A stretch of DNA of 32,954 bases from an uncultured Bdellovibrio sp. (GTDB taxonomy: Bacteria; Bdellovibrionota; Bdellovibrionia; Bdellovibrionales; Bdellovibrionaceae): NCBI GenBank assembly GCA_963932905.1, contig CAWVRN010000036.1:1-32954 (forward strand), in the 5' to 3' direction. A model generated the notes under the pieces. That model searched no databases, was not told the origin of the DNA, and saw only the letters and a program-made list of their open reading frames with translations. Below, piece after piece: positions 1 through 9,037 of the stretch; position 1 is the stretch's first letter; every line of letters begins with the position of its first letter. A program made the position numbers and the translations under genes.

Positions 1-25
1 CTGTCTTTCCAATAGAATTTAGCTT

Positions 26-51
26 CTTAGCCGCAAGCTAAGGAGCCAGTT
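26..51. repeat. 26-nt dispersed hairpin repeat, copy 1 (CTTAGCCGCAAGCTAAGGAGCCAGTT)
   Basis: 24/26 identical to the reverse complement of 32864-32889; internal stem CTTAGC/GCTAAG; lies just past the stop of the amidotransferase gene. Confidence 0.75.
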
Positions 52-52
52 C

Positions 53-757
53 TCACAATTTTGCGATTTCGAAAAATCGATCTAAAAGACGGAATAGTAC
101 AATTTTTGTGGCTTCACACTTTTCACTACTGAGCTCTATGATCTTCTTTTCGTTTTGGACAAATGTTCCTCCATCGGCAAGATCTGATCTTGCATTTTCT
201 AAGAGTTTTTCAATGGCATTTGGCGACATTTCAAGGTGGCATAGAATGCCAAGGATATGCCGGTCCAATAAGTACATTTGTACCTGAGTTGCATTGCTTT
301 CAGCCAGTTTTGTGGCGCCATAGGGCAAGTCAAATGCGTCTCTATGCCAGTGAAAAACATCAATCGTTCTTTCGTTAAACTTATCAACTACAGGATCTGA
401 GCCTGCTGTAAAATAGACTGGAAACCAACCGAGCTCTGGTTCGCGATTACGGTAGACTGGAGTCCTTAAAACATGCGCGATCAACTGAGACCCTAAGCAG
501 ATACCAATAATGGGCTTCTTCGTTTCAATGAAATCCAATAGAAAGGATTTCTCTTTCCGCAGCCACGGGTAGCGATGGTCATCGTAAATTCCCATTGGTC
601 CACCCATCACGACCAGCGCATCAACGTCGTCAAGATCGGGTAGTGGATCGTCGTTATACAATTTTGTAACTAAAAATGTGTGTCCATGTTCAATGGCCCA
701 AGTTTCAATATGGCCAGGTCCTTCGAAATGAACATGCTGAAAAATTTGGATTCTCAT
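53..757 (-). CDS. Class I glutamine amidotransferase (stand-alone GATase1)
   Basis: QHVHFEGPG, VMGGPMG, GICLGSQL (catalytic Cys), FHWH and HLE (H-x-E) motifs. ATG at 757 overlaps the yggS stop (ATGA), suggesting translational coupling. Confidence 0.9.
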   Translation of the reverse strand: MRIQIFQHVHFEGPGHIETWAIEHGHTFLVTKLYNDDPLPDLDDVDALVVMGGPMGIYDDHRYPWLRKEKSFLLDFIETKKPIIGICLGSQLIAHVLRTPVYRNREPELGWFPVYFTAGSDPVVDKFNERTIDVFHWHRDAFDLPYGATKLAESNATQVQMYLLDRHILGILCHLEMSPNAIEKLLENARSDLADGGTFVQNEKKIIELSSEKCEATKIVLFRLLDRFFEIAKL

Positions 758-1497
758 GCTTTTTTCTCCGGCCAATAATACGAGTCTGGTCGACTCCTAG
801 TTCCAAATACCGCTTGTCCAACCCTAACTAGAGTTGCGCCTTCTTCGACGGCAATTTTAAAGTCAGATGACATTCCCATAGAAAGCTCGGACATTTCAAT
901 TCTGTCTATCGCTTCATTCTTGATTTCGTTAAAAAGGCGCCTCAGGGTTTTAAAGCAAAGCCTCACCTTATCCTGATCGGCGGAAAACAAAGCCAGTGTC
1001 ATTAATCCCTTAACCCTGATCGTTTCAATTTTTGAAAGTTGCCTAAGAAATGCATGTAAATCTTGGGGCTCAAGTCCAAACTTTGATTGTTCATGTGACG
1101 TATTCACTTGAACAAATACATCGACCGATCGACCCTGTTTTTGAAGTTGTCTATCGATCTCTAGTGCGATGCTCATTCTATCTACAGATTCAATCACCGA
1201 TGCGACGTTTAGGCATTCCTTAACCTTGTTGGACTGCAGGTGCCCTATAAAATGCCAATTGATGGGATAGGAGGCCAGGTCGCGAGCTTTGACCTTAAGC
1301 TCCTGAACCTTGTTTTCCCCAAACAGCGTGTGGCTAAGATCGATGGCAATCTTGACGTATTCACTTGGAATCGTCTTGGTTGCAAGCATCAATCGAACAT
1401 CACGCCAATTTCGATCTGCTTTTTCGCAGGCCTCTTGAATTTGTCTTTGTACTTCGCTGTAGCGAGATTTTATTTCTAGTACCTTAGCTAGTTCCAA
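754..1497 (-). CDS. yggS: YggS/PLPBP family pyridoxal phosphate homeostasis protein
   Basis: ATKT (PLP lysine), FGENKVQE, WHFIGHLQSNK, GLMT, LSMGMSSDF and VRVG motifs; TTG start preceded by GAGGTG. Confidence 0.95.
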   Translation of the reverse strand: MELAKVLEIKSRYSEVQRQIQEACEKADRNWRDVRLMLATKTIPSEYVKIAIDLSHTLFGENKVQELKVKARDLASYPINWHFIGHLQSNKVKECLNVASVIESVDRMSIALEIDRQLQKQGRSVDVFVQVNTSHEQSKFGLEPQDLHAFLRQLSKIETIRVKGLMTLALFSADQDKVRLCFKTLRRLFNEIKNEAIDRIEMSELSMGMSSDFKIAVEEGATLVRVGQAVFGTRSRPDSYYWPEKKA

Positions 1498-1582
1498 TCA
1501 ATCACCTCACTTAAATTCGGGCGGTCTGTATGGCTTTTCAACTTCGATTGCAGACCTGCGATGTACTGAGGATAACTTAGGC

Positions 1583-1629
1583 GTGGACTATCTAAAAGGT
1601 CCACTTTATAAATAGTAAATAGTCCACTT
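1583..1629. promoter_or_regulatory. Putative MocR-family operator (one inverted and two direct GTCCAC boxes)
   Basis: GTGGAC at 1583-1588; GTCCACTT at 1599-1606 and 1622-1629; GTGGACTAT/ATAGTCCAC is a perfect 9-bp inverted repeat. Lies between the divergent yggS and MocR genes. Confidence 0.65.
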
Positions 1630-1674
1630 GAAATGAGTGTATTTCGGCATGACTAATAAGGAGCCTGAAAAAAA

Positions 1675-3111
1675 ATGGCAAAGCGTTGGGATTTAATCAT
1701 AAGAATAGATAAGCTTCTTAAGAAGCCGATCTTTCAGCAAATTGCGGAAGAGATCATAAGGCACATAAGTTATGGAAGGCTTAAGCCCGGCTCAGTCCTC
1801 CCCGGAACCCGAACGTTGGCCGACCAGCTCAAGCTTAATCGAAATACGGTAACCGAGGCTTACAGTGAACTTGCTTCGCAAGGTTGGATTGAGTCCAAAA
1901 AAGGCAAAGGCAGTTTTATTTCACACTCGTTGGTGACGGACTCGTTAGTTCTTAAAAGACAGCCGCCGAATAGCAAGGGCAAATTAAGTTCCATTGCGAC
2001 TTCAAAATCCGCTTTGATTCTCGATGATGGGTCGCCTGATTCAAGACTCTTTCCCATGCAGGAATTTGCGCGTGCATTTGGACGAGTGAGTCGCCGACTT
2101 GGAAACTCTGTGTATACACGCGTTCCGTCAGCAAAAGGCTCTGAACGGTTGCGGATAGAGCTTGCTGAAATGCTAAACTCCAGGCGTGCGCTTAGTGTTG
2201 ATGAGGATAGGCTCCTAATTACCCGTGGAAGTCAGCATGGAATATTTTTGGTTGGTCATGTGCTTGGCAAAGAGTCCGGTGCCGCTGTCGCGGTTGAATC
2301 CCCTGGCTATGTTCCCGCTTGGGATGCCTTTCAAGAGGCCGGACTAAGAATCGTCGAAGTTCCTGTCGATGAGGAAGGAATCGATGTCGAGTCGCTGGAG
2401 CGATCTTTAAAGAAGGGCCTAAAAATTAGCGCTTTGTATGTAACTCCACATCATCAGTTTCCCACGACCGTCACGCTGAAAGCAGATCGACGGTTAAAAC
2501 TTCTGGAGCTTTCAGATCGATTCAATTTTTGGGTCATCGAAGATGATTACGACCACGACTTTCATTTTGATTCTAAGCCTGTGCTTCCTCTGGCTAGCAT
2601 GAGTGCACGTAGTAAAATCATCTATATCAGCTCTCTATCGAAGCTCGTTACGCCTGGAGTTCGTCTGGGATACCTGTCGGCGCCCTCGGAGTTTTTAAAT
2701 CAGCTCATAAGAATTCGGACAATTATCGATAGAACGGGTGACCCCATTTTGGAGGAAACCATCGCAGAACTGTTGGTCGAGGGGGAAATCCAAAGGCACG
2801 CCAATAAAATGAGATCTGTGTATAAGTTTCGTCGTGACGAATTCGCAAAGCGGCTACTTCAGAAAGCGCCGATTCATGTTGAATTCCAAATTCCGGCCGG
2901 CGGGATGGCTCTCTGGTTAAAGTTTCCGGCTCGAATCACATATGACCCATTCGTTACGTCAATGAGGAACCAAGGTGTGGTTCCAATTGATCGTTCTCTT
3001 TTTCACAAAATGGTCAGCATGCCTATTCACGGTACTCGCATTGGATTTGCTTCACTGAATGACAAGGAAATCGAACTGGCCTCGTCGGCCGTTGCTAAAG
3101 CTTTAAAGTGA
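1675..3111 (+). CDS. MocR/GabR family PLP-dependent transcriptional regulator (GntR HTH plus aminotransferase-like domain)
   Basis: LPGTRTLADQLKLNRNTV winged HTH; YVTPHHQFPT, IEDDYD and SLSK...PGVRLGY (PLP lysine); SD AAGGAG. Confidence 0.95.
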   Translation: MAKRWDLIIRIDKLLKKPIFQQIAEEIIRHISYGRLKPGSVLPGTRTLADQLKLNRNTVTEAYSELASQGWIESKKGKGSFISHSLVTDSLVLKRQPPNSKGKLSSIATSKSALILDDGSPDSRLFPMQEFARAFGRVSRRLGNSVYTRVPSAKGSERLRIELAEMLNSRRALSVDEDRLLITRGSQHGIFLVGHVLGKESGAAVAVESPGYVPAWDAFQEAGLRIVEVPVDEEGIDVESLERSLKKGLKISALYVTPHHQFPTTVTLKADRRLKLLELSDRFNFWVIEDDYDHDFHFDSKPVLPLASMSARSKIIYISSLSKLVTPGVRLGYLSAPSEFLNQLIRIRTIIDRTGDPILEETIAELLVEGEIQRHANKMRSVYKFRRDEFAKRLLQKAPIHVEFQIPAGGMALWLKFPARITYDPFVTSMRNQGVVPIDRSLFHKMVSMPIHGTRIGFASLNDKEIELASSAVAKALK

Positions 3112-3216
3112 CAGACCGTGATTCAAGTCTGAGCTGATTTTATTAGTATGAGCTGCCTAAGCGAGGCCCTGGAAAGTAATCCCTCGTTTCCTGAAAAGTC
3201 GATAAGGTAAAAACAT

Positions 3217-3432
3217 ATGGTCAGATTAGTTTTGTTTTTTGTTGCCGTTTGCAGCGTTTCTCACGCTCGGGCCGTTTATCGGCAATGTCACTTGTGTTAT
3301 GAACAGTCGTCAAAGGTATCAACGTCTGTTTTTACTAACGATTTTTCTACTGAGCGAACGGCTGTTGAATATTTATTAAAATTTTCCATACGCAGCAATA
3401 TCATTCATCCATGGGAAAAAACTGTGGTGTGA
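3217..3432 (+). CDS. Small hypothetical protein with signal-peptide-like N-terminus, possibly a gene remnant
   Basis: Hydrophobic N-terminus ending in A-R-A, AAGG upstream; no family recognised. Confidence 0.3.
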   Translation: MVRLVLFFVAVCSVSHARAVYRQCHLCYEQSSKVSTSVFTNDFSTERTAVEYLLKFSIRSNIIHPWEKTVV

Positions 3433-3656
3433 TTGCCCTTGAAAAAACTCAGAATTATATTGAAATTCCAATACTCCAGCTAGAAGGACGGGCCGGGGAG
3501 GGCCAACAACCTCCCAACTATTTATTTTCCCCAATTTAAGTCATGTAGAGTAATTCCAATTCACTATGAGTGAAAATGTTCGTTAGCATCTTTCACCTAC
3601 CGTCCCGGTGCACAACTAAATCATATTGAGCAAGAAAGTCCCGAATTTCAAAGTGC

Positions 3657-4100
3657 CTATGCGATAAGGAGGGCCAATGCGCAGGATATAACTCCGAATA
3701 GGTAGACACTTGAATAGCCGAAACTATTTGCTACCAGGTCAGCCAGGGGCCCCATAACTCCAAGTGCGAGATCAAAAAAAGCAACATAAGCGCCTAAGGC
3801 AACACCCTTGAATTGTGGTTCAATATTCTTAACGGCCTCCACTCCAAATGCAGGAAAGGCAAGTGAGTAACCAAATCCAGTCAGGGCGGACCCGACTAAG
3901 GCGACTATTGGCGACGAGGCTTGCCAAAACAGGGCTTGTCCAATGAGTTCTATAGCAACGGAAGCAGCTGCCACCCTTTTGCCGCCGTACTGATCTGGGG
4001 CATGAGCAAAGAAAATTCGAGCCCCAATAAATGCGATTCCAAAGGCTGTCATAACGAGGGAAGTGAACTCCCATCCTTGTTGCCTGAAATAAGGTGCCGA
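3657..4100 (-). pseudogene. C-terminal fragment of an MFS transporter (YfcJ-like), 5' part missing
   Basis: YFRQQGW...TAFG...ARIFF...PD.YGG, GYSLAFPAFGVEAV and GAYVAFFDLALG match the last helices of YfcJ-type MFS proteins; only about 150 codons and no credible start. The 5' boundary is approximate. Confidence 0.8.
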
Positions 4101-4143
4101 AAACCCTGAAGCCTTTGAAACGGCGGCTCGACTTAGGTGTCTA

Positions 4144-4332
4144 GTGACCGCGCCGAAGTCTTTTTTTGAACGAAGCGGAGGTTGGTATAAATTGTCGTCC
4201 TGTGATCTGCCTGTCACCACTCCGCGAATACAGATTGCACAGACTTGGCATCCTCGTTATCAAGCTGATCCTGAGCATCAGTGGCTTCGGGAAAAAATCA
4301 AAAGTACTTTTAGTGATATTTTAGGAGTTTAA
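4144..4332 (+). pseudogene. C-terminal fragment of a LysR-family substrate-binding domain
   Basis: LPVTTPRIQIAQTWHPRYQADPEHQWLREKI matches the LysR (NodD/YbeF-like) C-terminal W-H...D-P...W-L-R motif; no HTH upstream and an in-frame stop at 4090-4092. Confidence 0.75.
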
Positions 4333-4450
4333 CTAATTTTAAGATGTAATTTGAATTTCATGGCTGGCTAAACTCCCTTTTTCGTCGGAATCATAGGCTT
4401 TAACGACCGTTGCTTTTTGTCCGGAATTTCTTATAGAAAAGAGGTCGTTC

Positions 4451-5248
4451 TCAAGGTTTTTTTTCAGTCAGGTAGTTGGAAGTATATTTATCAAATATTT
4501 TTTTTAGCTCACCTTTTTTATCAAGCCTATAAATGGCATTTTCGAGTTTCTTTTTTGTTTCAGCGGATACCTTTTTTGAAAGTGCTAAATATTGTTTTTC
4601 CTTACGGATATTAAAGGGTAAAATGACGATTTTATCCGTGATTTGCTCTTTTTGTACTATTCCCTTTAGAATATATCCGAAATGAATAAAGACATCGCCA
4701 CGAGATGCCTTTAGTTTTTCAAGGTTATTGATATTGTCTCCACTTTGAGCATCGATCTTGATTCCCGGAATATTTTCTAGAAAGTTAACATGGGGTGTAC
4801 CTAGCGTTGCAAGAAAAATCCATTGGTTTTGGGTTTTCATCTGATCCCATGACGTAACTCGGGCTGCAGGGGAATCTTTTAGAACTGCCGCTTGGACATC
4901 ATTTACAAAAAGTGGAGGCTCAATAAAATCTATATATTTTTTTCTTTCTTCGGTGGGAGCAAAACATGCAAATGCATCCAGGGTGCCGTCCTTGAGTGAA
5001 CTGTGGATTCGCTTTGTCGGTATGAATTTCTCCATACCGACAAATTTAATGGTCGGCTCCATTTCCTCAATAGCTCGCAAAAATGCAGGGCATAGGCCAG
5101 AAGGGACACCTTTTTCCATATAGTATTTAGGATAGGCCTCTTGAGAGACTGTCTGTAGAATAGTAACAGCTAAAACGTCGTGATTCCAAAAAAGGAAAAG
5201 AACTGCGATGGGACTAAGTACCAACTTAGGTAGCGATTTTTTATTCAC
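4451..5248 (-). CDS. Periplasmic substrate-binding protein, family 3 (amino-acid-binding type)
   Basis: Signal peptide from GTG 5248; YPKY..GLC, P.KR..SLKDG.LD, T.ER..YIDF and KL...RGDVF patterns. Confidence 0.8.
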   Translation of the reverse strand: MNKKSLPKLVLSPIAVLFLFWNHDVLAVTILQTVSQEAYPKYYMEKGVPSGLCPAFLRAIEEMEPTIKFVGMEKFIPTKRIHSSLKDGTLDAFACFAPTEERKKYIDFIEPPLFVNDVQAAVLKDSPAARVTSWDQMKTQNQWIFLATLGTPHVNFLENIPGIKIDAQSGDNINNLEKLKASRGDVFIHFGYILKGIVQKEQITDKIVILPFNIRKEKQYLALSKKVSAETKKKLENAIYRLDKKGELKKIFDKYTSNYLTEKKP

Positions 5249-5255
5249 TAAAACT

Positions 5256-6161
5256 CTAATCTGTTTTTTTCTCGGAGGAAGACGGAACCAAAAACTTCTT
5301 AATGATTTGGCTGAGCTGTGCAAACTCTTCTTTGTTTAAAGCCATATCAGCACCGACTTCTTGACACTTTCTAGCGATTTGATCGTTGATTAAAGATGAG
5401 AAAATGACAACAGGTACTGTTTTGTCTAATTCTTTGATTCTTTTACAGCAGCTGAAACCATCGACTTGTGGCATTTCTAAGTCGGTGAGTATCAAACCTA
5501 CTTTTTCGCCCTTTGTATGTAGATCGGAAAAGCGCTTGAATAGCAGAGCGCCGTTTTCGTAGAATTCGGTGTCCTTTGCTTGCACTTTGTCTAAAAGCCA
5601 TTTTATTTTTTTGCGAATCATGGGAGAGTCATCGGCCACCAGGATTTTGAAATTCACAGGAAAGGGTAACGGTGATTCATGATCTAAATTATCACTGATT
5701 CCAAAAATCGTGAGGACAATTGATTCTAAATCTAACATCGAAATTTCTCGCGCGCCGGAAATGGCAACACCTGTAATTGCATTTGTTTTTAAAATCGGAC
5801 TTGGGGACTGAACATCTCCCCAATCCACCCGTTGAATGCCTAGGATTTCGTCAACGACGAAGCCGATGACTTGGCGATTGAATTCGCTCAGAATCATGAT
5901 CGAACGTTTACTATTTGGATTTGGTTGAATCTTTAATATTTTGCGTAAATCAAGAACCTTAATGACCTCTTCGCGTTCTATAATTGTACCAAGCATTCCA
6001 TCGGGCATTAGTGGCAATTGATTGATTTTTCCTGGATCGAATTGAACCACGTGGCGAATTTTTAGTGCGTTTAACCCAAATCGCTGGGAACCCATAGTGA
6101 ACTCAAAAATTTCTATTTCGTTCGTTCCCGACTGTAGTAAAATATTGCTTTGTGTATTCAT
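5256..6161 (-). CDS. cheV: Chemotaxis protein CheV (CheW plus receiver domain)
   Basis: ILLQSGTNEIEIFEF...FGLNALKI CheW domain; ILVADDS, LTDLEMPQVDG and VVIFSSL receiver. ATG 6161 preferred over the upstream TTG. Confidence 0.92.
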   Translation of the reverse strand: MNTQSNILLQSGTNEIEIFEFTMGSQRFGLNALKIRHVVQFDPGKINQLPLMPDGMLGTIIEREEVIKVLDLRKILKIQPNPNSKRSIMILSEFNRQVIGFVVDEILGIQRVDWGDVQSPSPILKTNAITGVAISGAREISMLDLESIVLTIFGISDNLDHESPLPFPVNFKILVADDSPMIRKKIKWLLDKVQAKDTEFYENGALLFKRFSDLHTKGEKVGLILTDLEMPQVDGFSCCKRIKELDKTVPVVIFSSLINDQIARKCQEVGADMALNKEEFAQLSQIIKKFLVPSSSEKKTD

Positions 6162-6256
6162 ATAGCTTCTTGTCGGTCGATCTTTAGATTTTATGATATC
6201 TGTATCTTGTCGATTTTCTTTGATGTCGCTGGTCTGGCTCGACAAACCGCTAGTTT

Positions 6257-7288
6257 CTACAAAAAGTAGACAATATTCAAAGAACCAAAACCAATAAATC
6301 CGCCGCGTTCTTCGAATTCAGGTGAACGAGTTACAAATCGCCAGACCACATTAAATGGTAATTTTTGTAAGCATACTCCGAACTCGGTATCAAAGTTAAA
6401 TGGATACTTGTGAACATGATGGCTGCTTTGAAACGTATTTCCATCTAAAAAAATATTTCGGGCGACTAAGTTTCCGCGCGCAGATGCAAAGGCATAATAA
6501 CTGAATTTTTTGGGCTCATCCAAATTCATCGGCGAAATAAAACTATCGCCATCGTTAGATGACGGACGGCTGGGGCCAAAATCATCTAACAAATCCGAAC
6601 CAATTCTTACGATTGCACCAATATGTGCACCGATCAGCACGTTCCCAAATCCCGCGCCGTAGAAAGGCAGAAGATCGACATTTCTATTTTCTATGATTTT
6701 AAAACGTTTTTGATAATACAATTGTAATGTGGGCTCGTCATTGAGGCCGTTCTGCCAGCCCATCCCGTGTTGTTTCGGAATCATGTCATGAACGGTATTT
6801 TGTACTTGTTTTCCAAGGGCGCTGGGGCCAACCATTCCAACATCTAATTCAAAATACTGTGCGGACTGTTTTTCTTTTAAATTAGCGCTGAACCCTAAAT
6901 AAAGCCAACCTGCATAGGGTCGATCGTTAGTGATTAGCTGGGTTTCACCGAGGTTGTTGGGGGTATAGATCTGATGACCTAGCGACATGGCCAAGTTAAT
7001 TTTTGTAGCGTCTGGATTTTTTTCGTCTAGGACTTTATATTTTTCAACCGTACTACGTGCCCAACTGGGAATTTTGTTTTCTGCGTAGACGTAGGAAAAT
7101 TTAAAACCGTTGGTGTAGGCTTGATCGGAACCCGGGCCACCCAAACTGCGCGTGTCGTTTTCAATGTAAACGGCAATGGCATCGCCGACTTGGTTATCTG
7201 TTTTTTTTATATCTTCTTTTTTATCGTTAGAGGCGTCTTCAGCAAAACTAAACAGAGATAGGGTTAGTAGTAAAATTAGAAGTTTCAT
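6257..7288 (-). CDS. lpxR: Lipid A 3'-O-deacylase LpxR family outer-membrane protein (DUF2219)
   Basis: END, D..YTNG, GHQIYTP, DRPYAGWLY, QNTVH, GW.N and RNIFLDGN motifs; signal peptide from ATG 7288; C-terminal aromatic residues. Confidence 0.9.
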   Translation of the reverse strand: MKLLILLLTLSLFSFAEDASNDKKEDIKKTDNQVGDAIAVYIENDTRSLGGPGSDQAYTNGFKFSYVYAENKIPSWARSTVEKYKVLDEKNPDATKINLAMSLGHQIYTPNNLGETQLITNDRPYAGWLYLGFSANLKEKQSAQYFELDVGMVGPSALGKQVQNTVHDMIPKQHGMGWQNGLNDEPTLQLYYQKRFKIIENRNVDLLPFYGAGFGNVLIGAHIGAIVRIGSDLLDDFGPSRPSSNDGDSFISPMNLDEPKKFSYYAFASARGNLVARNIFLDGNTFQSSHHVHKYPFNFDTEFGVCLQKLPFNVVWRFVTRSPEFEERGGFIGFGSLNIVYFL

Positions 7289-7375
7289 ATTCGACCACGC
7301 TAGCACGTGGATAAATACTGGACAACTCAATCATTTGTGTATTTTGTGGCTCTTTAATTGCTGCCAAAAGTCCAC

Positions 7376-8068
7376 ATGGTATTTCGTACGTTATTACTGA
7401 CCACAGCTATGAATCTATTGGCTTTTACAGGTTTTGGTTTGCCTAAGAGTGGCACGGCTATTCAATGTTCAGACAGTGTTTTTCAAGAAAGTCTTAACTC
7501 AGTTAAAACATCCGTTCAGCTTTTGAATAGACCTTTAAGAATTTCTTCGATTTTGGCCATTGAGGTTTACGGGACGATCAATCAAATTTCACAAGCTAAT
7601 TTTGATAAATTAATCGTCGATGTCGGTGAAGAGGTACTTTCCATAGGACCTACCTATATTGACAGCACGATTCGGGTTAGTCGGAACTATTTCGAGTTCT
7701 TAAAGATTCAGTCGATATCGGCACGCACGATATTTAACTTTGTACTGGCTCATGAGTTTGCTCATCATGTGCAGAGTCTGTATTCTAGAAATATTAATCT
7801 GGACCGCACTGTTGGCGGCTATGAATGGTTAAAATTATCGGACTCATTCGAACGGGAAGTCTACACTCATGCTCAGATTGATTGTATGGCGCTGTCATTG
7901 ATGAAAAATGCAGGGATGAGTTTTGATGTTAATGTTATCGAAGAAGGACTGATTTCCATTAGAGACGAATGCATAGAATATCGCGGAAAAAAATTCTGTG
8001 ATGAGGCTCATGAAATTCGTTTGGAACATGTAAAAAAATGGTTTGATTCTGTAAATGATAAAAAATGA
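7376..8068 (+). CDS. Secreted zincin-like hypothetical protein (HEXXH)
   Basis: FVLAHEFAHHVQ motif and hydrophobic N-terminus; start uncertain (7376 or 7409). Confidence 0.65.
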   Translation: MVFRTLLLTTAMNLLAFTGFGLPKSGTAIQCSDSVFQESLNSVKTSVQLLNRPLRISSILAIEVYGTINQISQANFDKLIVDVGEEVLSIGPTYIDSTIRVSRNYFEFLKIQSISARTIFNFVLAHEFAHHVQSLYSRNINLDRTVGGYEWLKLSDSFEREVYTHAQIDCMALSLMKNAGMSFDVNVIEEGLISIRDECIEYRGKKFCDEAHEIRLEHVKKWFDSVNDKK

Positions 8069-8161
8069 GAAATCCATTTATTGGGTTAGAAGCAGCCATT
8101 GCCTGCCTAGAAAATCGTAGTTTTAGTTGAAGCTTCTCGTTAAACGTGAAATTATTCGGGA

Positions 8162-9037
8162 ATGATTTTATCACTTCCTTTAGTATTGGCATTAGTTGTT
8201 TCCGGTGTTTTTGCCGGTCTGTTGGGTGCACTTGTTGGTATTGGCGGTGGATTGATTGTCGTGCCGGTTTTGGTGTTAGGTTTCGGGATCGATATCAAAA
8301 TTGCGATTGCGTCCTCATTGGTGGCCGTCGTCGCCTCCTCGACGGCTTCAGGCAGTGTTTATGTTGGTAAAGGTCTGACCAATTTACGTTTAGGAATGTT
8401 GTTGGAAGTCGCTACAACCATTGGTGGAATCACTGGCGGATTGATTGCTGTGTATATTTCGCCAACTATTATTTCGACCCTATTTTCGATCCTGATGATC
8501 GTAACCTGCGTCTTGATTTTGCGAACTAAAGATCCTGTAAAAAAAACGAATCTGGTAGGCTCGGGTGCTGGTACCATGGAAACGGCTAAAGAAGACGTGG
8601 GTAAATTATCTGGTTCGTATTTTGACCCGTACTTAAAAACAGAAATACATTATGATGTCGAAAATGTACCATTGGGAAGTTTTATTTCTTTCTTCGCAGG
8701 AGTATTGTCGGGACTGCTGGGTGTTGGCGGTGGATTTGTTAAAGTGCCAGCCATGGCATTGGCAATGAAAGTTCCGATGAAAGTCGCTGCGGCGACGTCG
8801 AATTTAATGATTGGTGTAACCGCCATTTCTAGTTTGTTTGTTTATTTCGCACGTGGATTTGTGCAGCCCTTGATCGCCGCGCCGGTGGCATTAGGTGTGG
8901 TGGGCGGGGCGTTGTATGGGACATCATTAGCACAACGGATTTCACCTAAATTATTAAGAAAAATATTTGCCGCTATTCTGGTGATCGTTGCTGTCCAAAT
9001 GATATTAAAATCCATGGGGGTATCTGTTGGAAAATAA
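8162..9037 (+). CDS. TauE/SafE family sulfite/anion exporter
   Basis: Duplicated GxLGxGGG..xVP motifs (GALVGIGGGLIVVP, SGLLGVGGGFVKVP) and A.ATS. Confidence 0.92.
   Translation: MILSLPLVLALVVSGVFAGLLGALVGIGGGLIVVPVLVLGFGIDIKIAIASSLVAVVASSTASGSVYVGKGLTNLRLGMLLEVATTIGGITGGLIAVYISPTIISTLFSILMIVTCVLILRTKDPVKKTNLVGSGAGTMETAKEDVGKLSGSYFDPYLKTEIHYDVENVPLGSFISFFAGVLSGLLGVGGGFVKVPAMALAMKVPMKVAAATSNLMIGVTAISSLFVYFARGFVQPLIAAPVALGVVGGALYGTSLAQRISPKLLRKIFAAILVIVAVQMILKSMGVSVGK

Noticed and set aside
20..51. tRNA gene suggested by the GGAGCCA ending
   Set aside because: No T-loop (GTTCRA) or cloverleaf upstream in either copy of the repeat.
5249..5323. ORF-track N-terminal extensions (also for cheV, lpxR, rsmG, rhlE and the BtuF-like gene)
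   Set aside because: They overlap neighbouring genes or promoter-like sites and precede signal peptides or family N-termini; downstream starts were used instead.
6170..6196. Possible sigma28 promoter for cheV (TCAT-N15-ACCGACAA on the - strand)
   Set aside because: Biologically plausible, but both boxes deviate from consensus; too weak to call.
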